Below are positions 59,834 through 64,000 of a stretch of DNA of 64,000 nucleotides, piece by piece. The stretch comes from Chrysomallon squamiferum (taxonomy: Eukaryota > Animalia > Mollusca), in the NCBI GenBank assembly GCA_012295275.1, contig CM022668.1:3658001-3722000 (forward strand). The letters are read 5' to 3'. Made by a program: the position numbers and the translations under genes. The first letter of the stretch is position 1. Each line of letters opens with the position of its first letter. Under the pieces are notes generated by a model that was not told where the DNA came from, did not search any database, and worked only from the letters and a program-made list of their open reading frames with translations.

Positions 59834-60471
59834 TCGACGTGCAAGATATTAATAATAATAATAACAATAATAAAAATCCACCATTTTAGTATCATAAAGC
59901 TAGATTTTCAAGAACAGTGAAAAATGTCCGAAAATATCAACAAACAAAAAAACTCAAAAAAAAAAAAAAAAAAACAACAACATAAAAACAAAACAAGAAC
60001 AAAAAATAAATAAAAATAATACAACATTAATAAAACAAATGGGAGAAGTTCAGAAACATCACCAAGGAACAATAATAACCGCGAAGACAGTATAAATAAT
60101 AATAAAAAGATAGTAATAATAAAAATTGCTTATCGTCGTATTCAGTCAAAAAACTGCAAAACTTTAATTTTAGATTAAAATATCGATTAAGTGTGACGGT
60201 AACTAGCTGTAGTTGCAAGAGACGTGGCAATTTACAGAGAAAAAACATTCATTAAAACCAACGAAGCCGATTCAGTGAATGCTGGTAATCTTAGGCTCTT
60301 TTTTCAGTCGTAGGAGACTAAGAGATTGTTAATCAAAGAGAAATGCCATTCTCAACAAGTCTATGTAAACTATCGATGTGAGATTTTGACAATTCTCTAA
60401 AATAAATAAGACAAACAGTAAGAGAGAGGAAATGAAATAAATAGGGTCGTATTTATTATCATTTTTATTTT

Positions 60472-60478
60472 CATCATC

Positions 60479-60559
<81 letters not shown>

Positions 60560-60567
60560 ATTATTAT
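60472..60567. repeat. (CAT)n/(TAT)n microsatellite
   Basis: Direct reading. Confidence 0.95.
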
Positions 60568-62200
60568 CTTAAATGTATTTGTGAAATTTTGCTTTGAAAT
60601 TAATCACATAAATAATATTGTATCTTGTCATTATTTAACAGCTGCTATCATATAATGATGGATCTTCCATTTCAGACAGTGTGTCGAGAAACTACCTTGA
60701 GCAGTGAGGCATCGCGTGAAATACTTAGATATTGTACGGGAAAAAAATTAACATAAGTAATTATAAACTTTTTATATATATATGTTTATAGATACAGATA
60801 CAGATACTGCATTAATAATCATTTGAAAGTACACTTCCACATTAAACGACTATCAGAAGAGATACGGCTGTGTTAGGTGGGTGTTGATTTAACTGCAGTG
60901 ATCAGTGTTATACAAACACAGGTTCGTTTACTCAATATCCAGAGGGTGTTAACACAAATCCGCAATAGCCTTGCTTACCTCCCTTGTTCCCATTGCATTG
61001 TGTGTGTGCCTGGACGAGTTGCGGACTGACTCGTCTGTGTTCGTAATAAGTGTGAATTAGCTCGGAATGCGGGAGTTATCGATAGAGGATTCCTTTTATT
61101 TTCTCCAGACATTATTCAATAAATCTTTATTCTAGCGAAAGGGCGATTTCCCAAGACTTTTACAACAGTCCGGAGCATGCTCAGTTTACTCAGGTCATCA
61201 AATAGAACGGGCTTCAACCGTTTGCATGACAGTCCCGCAGTAGATCTGTATTCCGTACAGATTGGATGGAATAAATCAAACAGACGTTTACTTTTGTCAC
61301 GAGCTAGACTCTTTAAGCTATCTTTTCTCAGATTTTTTCTTCCTAAACAAGAGTGTCTGTAATTTTCAAAGAGCTGAGTATGTGTTTTACATAACAAACA
61401 GTTCTTAACATACATTTCATGTAGTTTATGTTCATTATTCGTTAACAAATTATTACAATCAATCAGTTTTCCTGTAGCAAATTCATTTATAAAATAGATA
61501 ACAAATAAATAAAATACGACAAAAATTATACTTGAATCGCTGAGATGTGATTAGAGTAGACGGCAGGTGAGTGAAATTCCACTCCTTGTATTTCATGTAT
61601 ACAATAAAACAATATAAACCAAAAGAAAATAATTAGCAAAAGAAATTTAATAATAACATTAACCCATGATCTGGAACAATGACAGTCTAAATAATTTAAT
61701 GTTTTTGTCTTAAGATAAAGATGCTAAATTTAAGTCATTATAAAAAAGAATGGATCTGTTGAGCACGCTTTGTTATTCCTGTCTAAGAAACACAAGATCG
61801 TACAAACATGTTCGATCTGCCTGTTCAAGAAAACAGTACACGTGTACTGTTTAATGTAAAACGCAAAGATTTTGAACCAAAACACTTCACAGAATAAAAC
61901 ATCATTATGAAAAATACCCAGATATTATCAGATCTGCACGTGCACAGTAAATAAGATAAATGGGTATTGGGCTGATCTGATAAGCGATAATGTAAACGTC
62001 AATGCTGTTTAATAGTTTTTATTTCTTGTCCAGCCATCTAGCCTTGAATTAGGAAAACGATATACGAATAAATATACAGCTGGATAACAAACAATTACGT
62101 CTTTTTATTTCAGTATAACTGAGATATTTCCGAATATAAAATGTTCTTCATTGAAAAACATTTTCAAAATGAAATTAAAATTGTATCATTAGTTTATTTT

Positions 62201-62251
<51 letters not shown>

Positions 62252-62476
62252 TGTGTTTGTGTCTATATATCTATGTGTATAATCTAGGTATAGGTATGTA
62301 TGTATGTATTTGCCATATGTATTTTTATATGTACGAATGTATGTATGTATCTGTGTGCGTGTTTCTGTGAGTATGTGAATCACGTATGAATGGGAGATTA
62401 ACTGAAATTTACTTAGATCAATAATTCTAATAACGGCTTGATTAAAATCTCCATCATAAAATATTTACAGTGTTTA

Positions 62477-62548
<72 letters not shown>

Positions 62549-62989
62549 AAATAAAGAAATAAAGAAATAAAGAAAGAAAGAAAGAAAGAAACACATAAAT
62601 AAAAAAAATAATGTTTGAGAAATAAAAAGATGAGTTGAACTGAGCAGTGCATATTAAACTGTGACTTGTATCACTGTAAGGAGATGTCGCCCACGTCCCC
62701 CGAGGGTAGAAGAAAACCCGAGTGGAAAATAAGAATGTAATGAACAGGGGTTTAATATAGACAGTGAAACATGTCTACAAGCAGTGCAAGGAAGCAGAAT
62801 GATTTGAGAGGAACAAGACTCTTAGCACAGACTCAAACAACAGTAAAACTCTGAGTGAAGATTAATATAGAACTCAGCATCAAACATTAAACATCACATT
62901 TTCATTAGAGATTTAACATCCAATTTAGAGATTTTAGATTATATTTAGAATAGAGATTTAATGTCAGATTTTTATTTATTTTTTATTAT

Positions 62990-63009
62990 TATCATCATCA
63001 TCATCATCA

Positions 63010-63077
<68 letters not shown>

Positions 63078-63083
63078 TTATTT

Positions 63084-63117
<34 letters not shown>
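62990..63117. repeat. (CAT)n(TAT)n and poly-T
   Basis: Direct reading. Confidence 0.93.
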
Positions 63118-63118
<1 letters not shown>

Positions 63119-63411
63119 TAAAAATTTAAAAACAAACTGAGCAAAAATTTGGAATCAGATTTTGAGTAAAGATTTAATAAAAAAAAAGTTTGAAAAAAGA
63201 TTTATCATTATATTTTAATTAATGTGTCTGAATTAAAATTTAACAAGAAATATAACATGTGAGTTCATAGCTCCGGAAATAGATCATCTGTTTGTCAGGT
63301 AGAGCGGCTGAATGCAGCAGCTAAAACACGACTAAGAGTTTTGCTGTTTGACACGTGTTGACTGAACACAGCAAAAACAAACACACTAACGAGTTTTCTC
63401 TTTATGCTCGA

Positions 63412-63414
63412 TAT

Positions 63415-63449
<35 letters not shown>

Positions 63450-63570
63450 TTTTATTTTATTTTATTTTATTTTATTTATTTATTTATTTATTTATTTATT
63501 CATTCATTCATTCATTCATTCATTCATTCATTCATTCATTTTATTTTATTTTATTTTATTTTATTTATTC
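63412..63570. repeat. (TTTA)n/(TTTTA)n/(TTCA)n compound microsatellite
   Basis: Direct reading. Confidence 0.93.
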
Positions 63571-64000
63571 ATTTTAACTTTTTTTTTTTTGTTGTTTCTC
63601 TTAAGATTTATTTTTTCGAGGATTAGAACTGATATTTTCTTAATTTAAATTTTCAAATTTAATTTTAATTATACCATTATACAACAGAGAAAGTTAATTG
63701 TTGCAGAAATTATGAAAATTCCCTGAGACAGGTCTTAATATTATCAGCGTTTACCCAACTTAGTAAGTTTCACATACACGACGAATAAGAGATAAATAAA
63801 CTAAAGTGTGAGAAACAGGAGTTATTACACCGGTGAGCACACGTGAATGTTCAATGTGGTATTTTCTATCAAAACAATTTAAAGAAAGAAAGAAGTAAAA
63901 TTTGTTTAAATCTCTTTCTAGCATTACGAAGTATAAAATTAAAATACCGTACAATTACAAACTTCAAGTTCGTATAAATCAAAGTTTGACCCATTAAATT

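Noticed and set aside
59315-59889. Three overlapping ~165-169 aa repeat ORFs
   Set aside because: A stop-free 36-bp unit is open in several frames automatically. There is no exon context or recognisable protein family.

Overview
This is AT-rich, microsatellite-dense eukaryotic DNA, not prokaryotic. A mollusc or other lophotrochozoan is plausible but cannot be proven from this window. Almost all ORFs in the supplied track are artefacts of simple repeats. The one well-supported gene is the 5' end of a Cys-loop (pentameric ligand-gated) ion channel subunit of the nicotinic acetylcholine receptor type, on the minus strand. It has two tandem paralogous exons for the N-terminal part of the extracellular domain. 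Exon A (16743-16946) carries its own ATG and signal peptide. Exon B (16514-16680) has no ATG and is phase-compatible with a separate signal-peptide exon about 15.7 kb upstream (32402-32474). A and B are only 62 nt apart, and splicing A to B gives a stop after two codons, so they look like mutually exclusive N-termini driven from two promoters. I could not find the downstream exons (DEKNQ..., Cys-loop, transmembrane helices); they probably lie left of position 1. The rest of the window is intronic or upstream DNA. It holds a near-identical ~0.9 kb inverted duplication, several minisatellites (one rich in splice-signal motifs), a putative tRNA-derived SINE with a hairpin 3' module, and clustered CRE/ETS motifs. 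No rRNA, tRNA, CRISPR or transposase/RT coding sequence was recognised.
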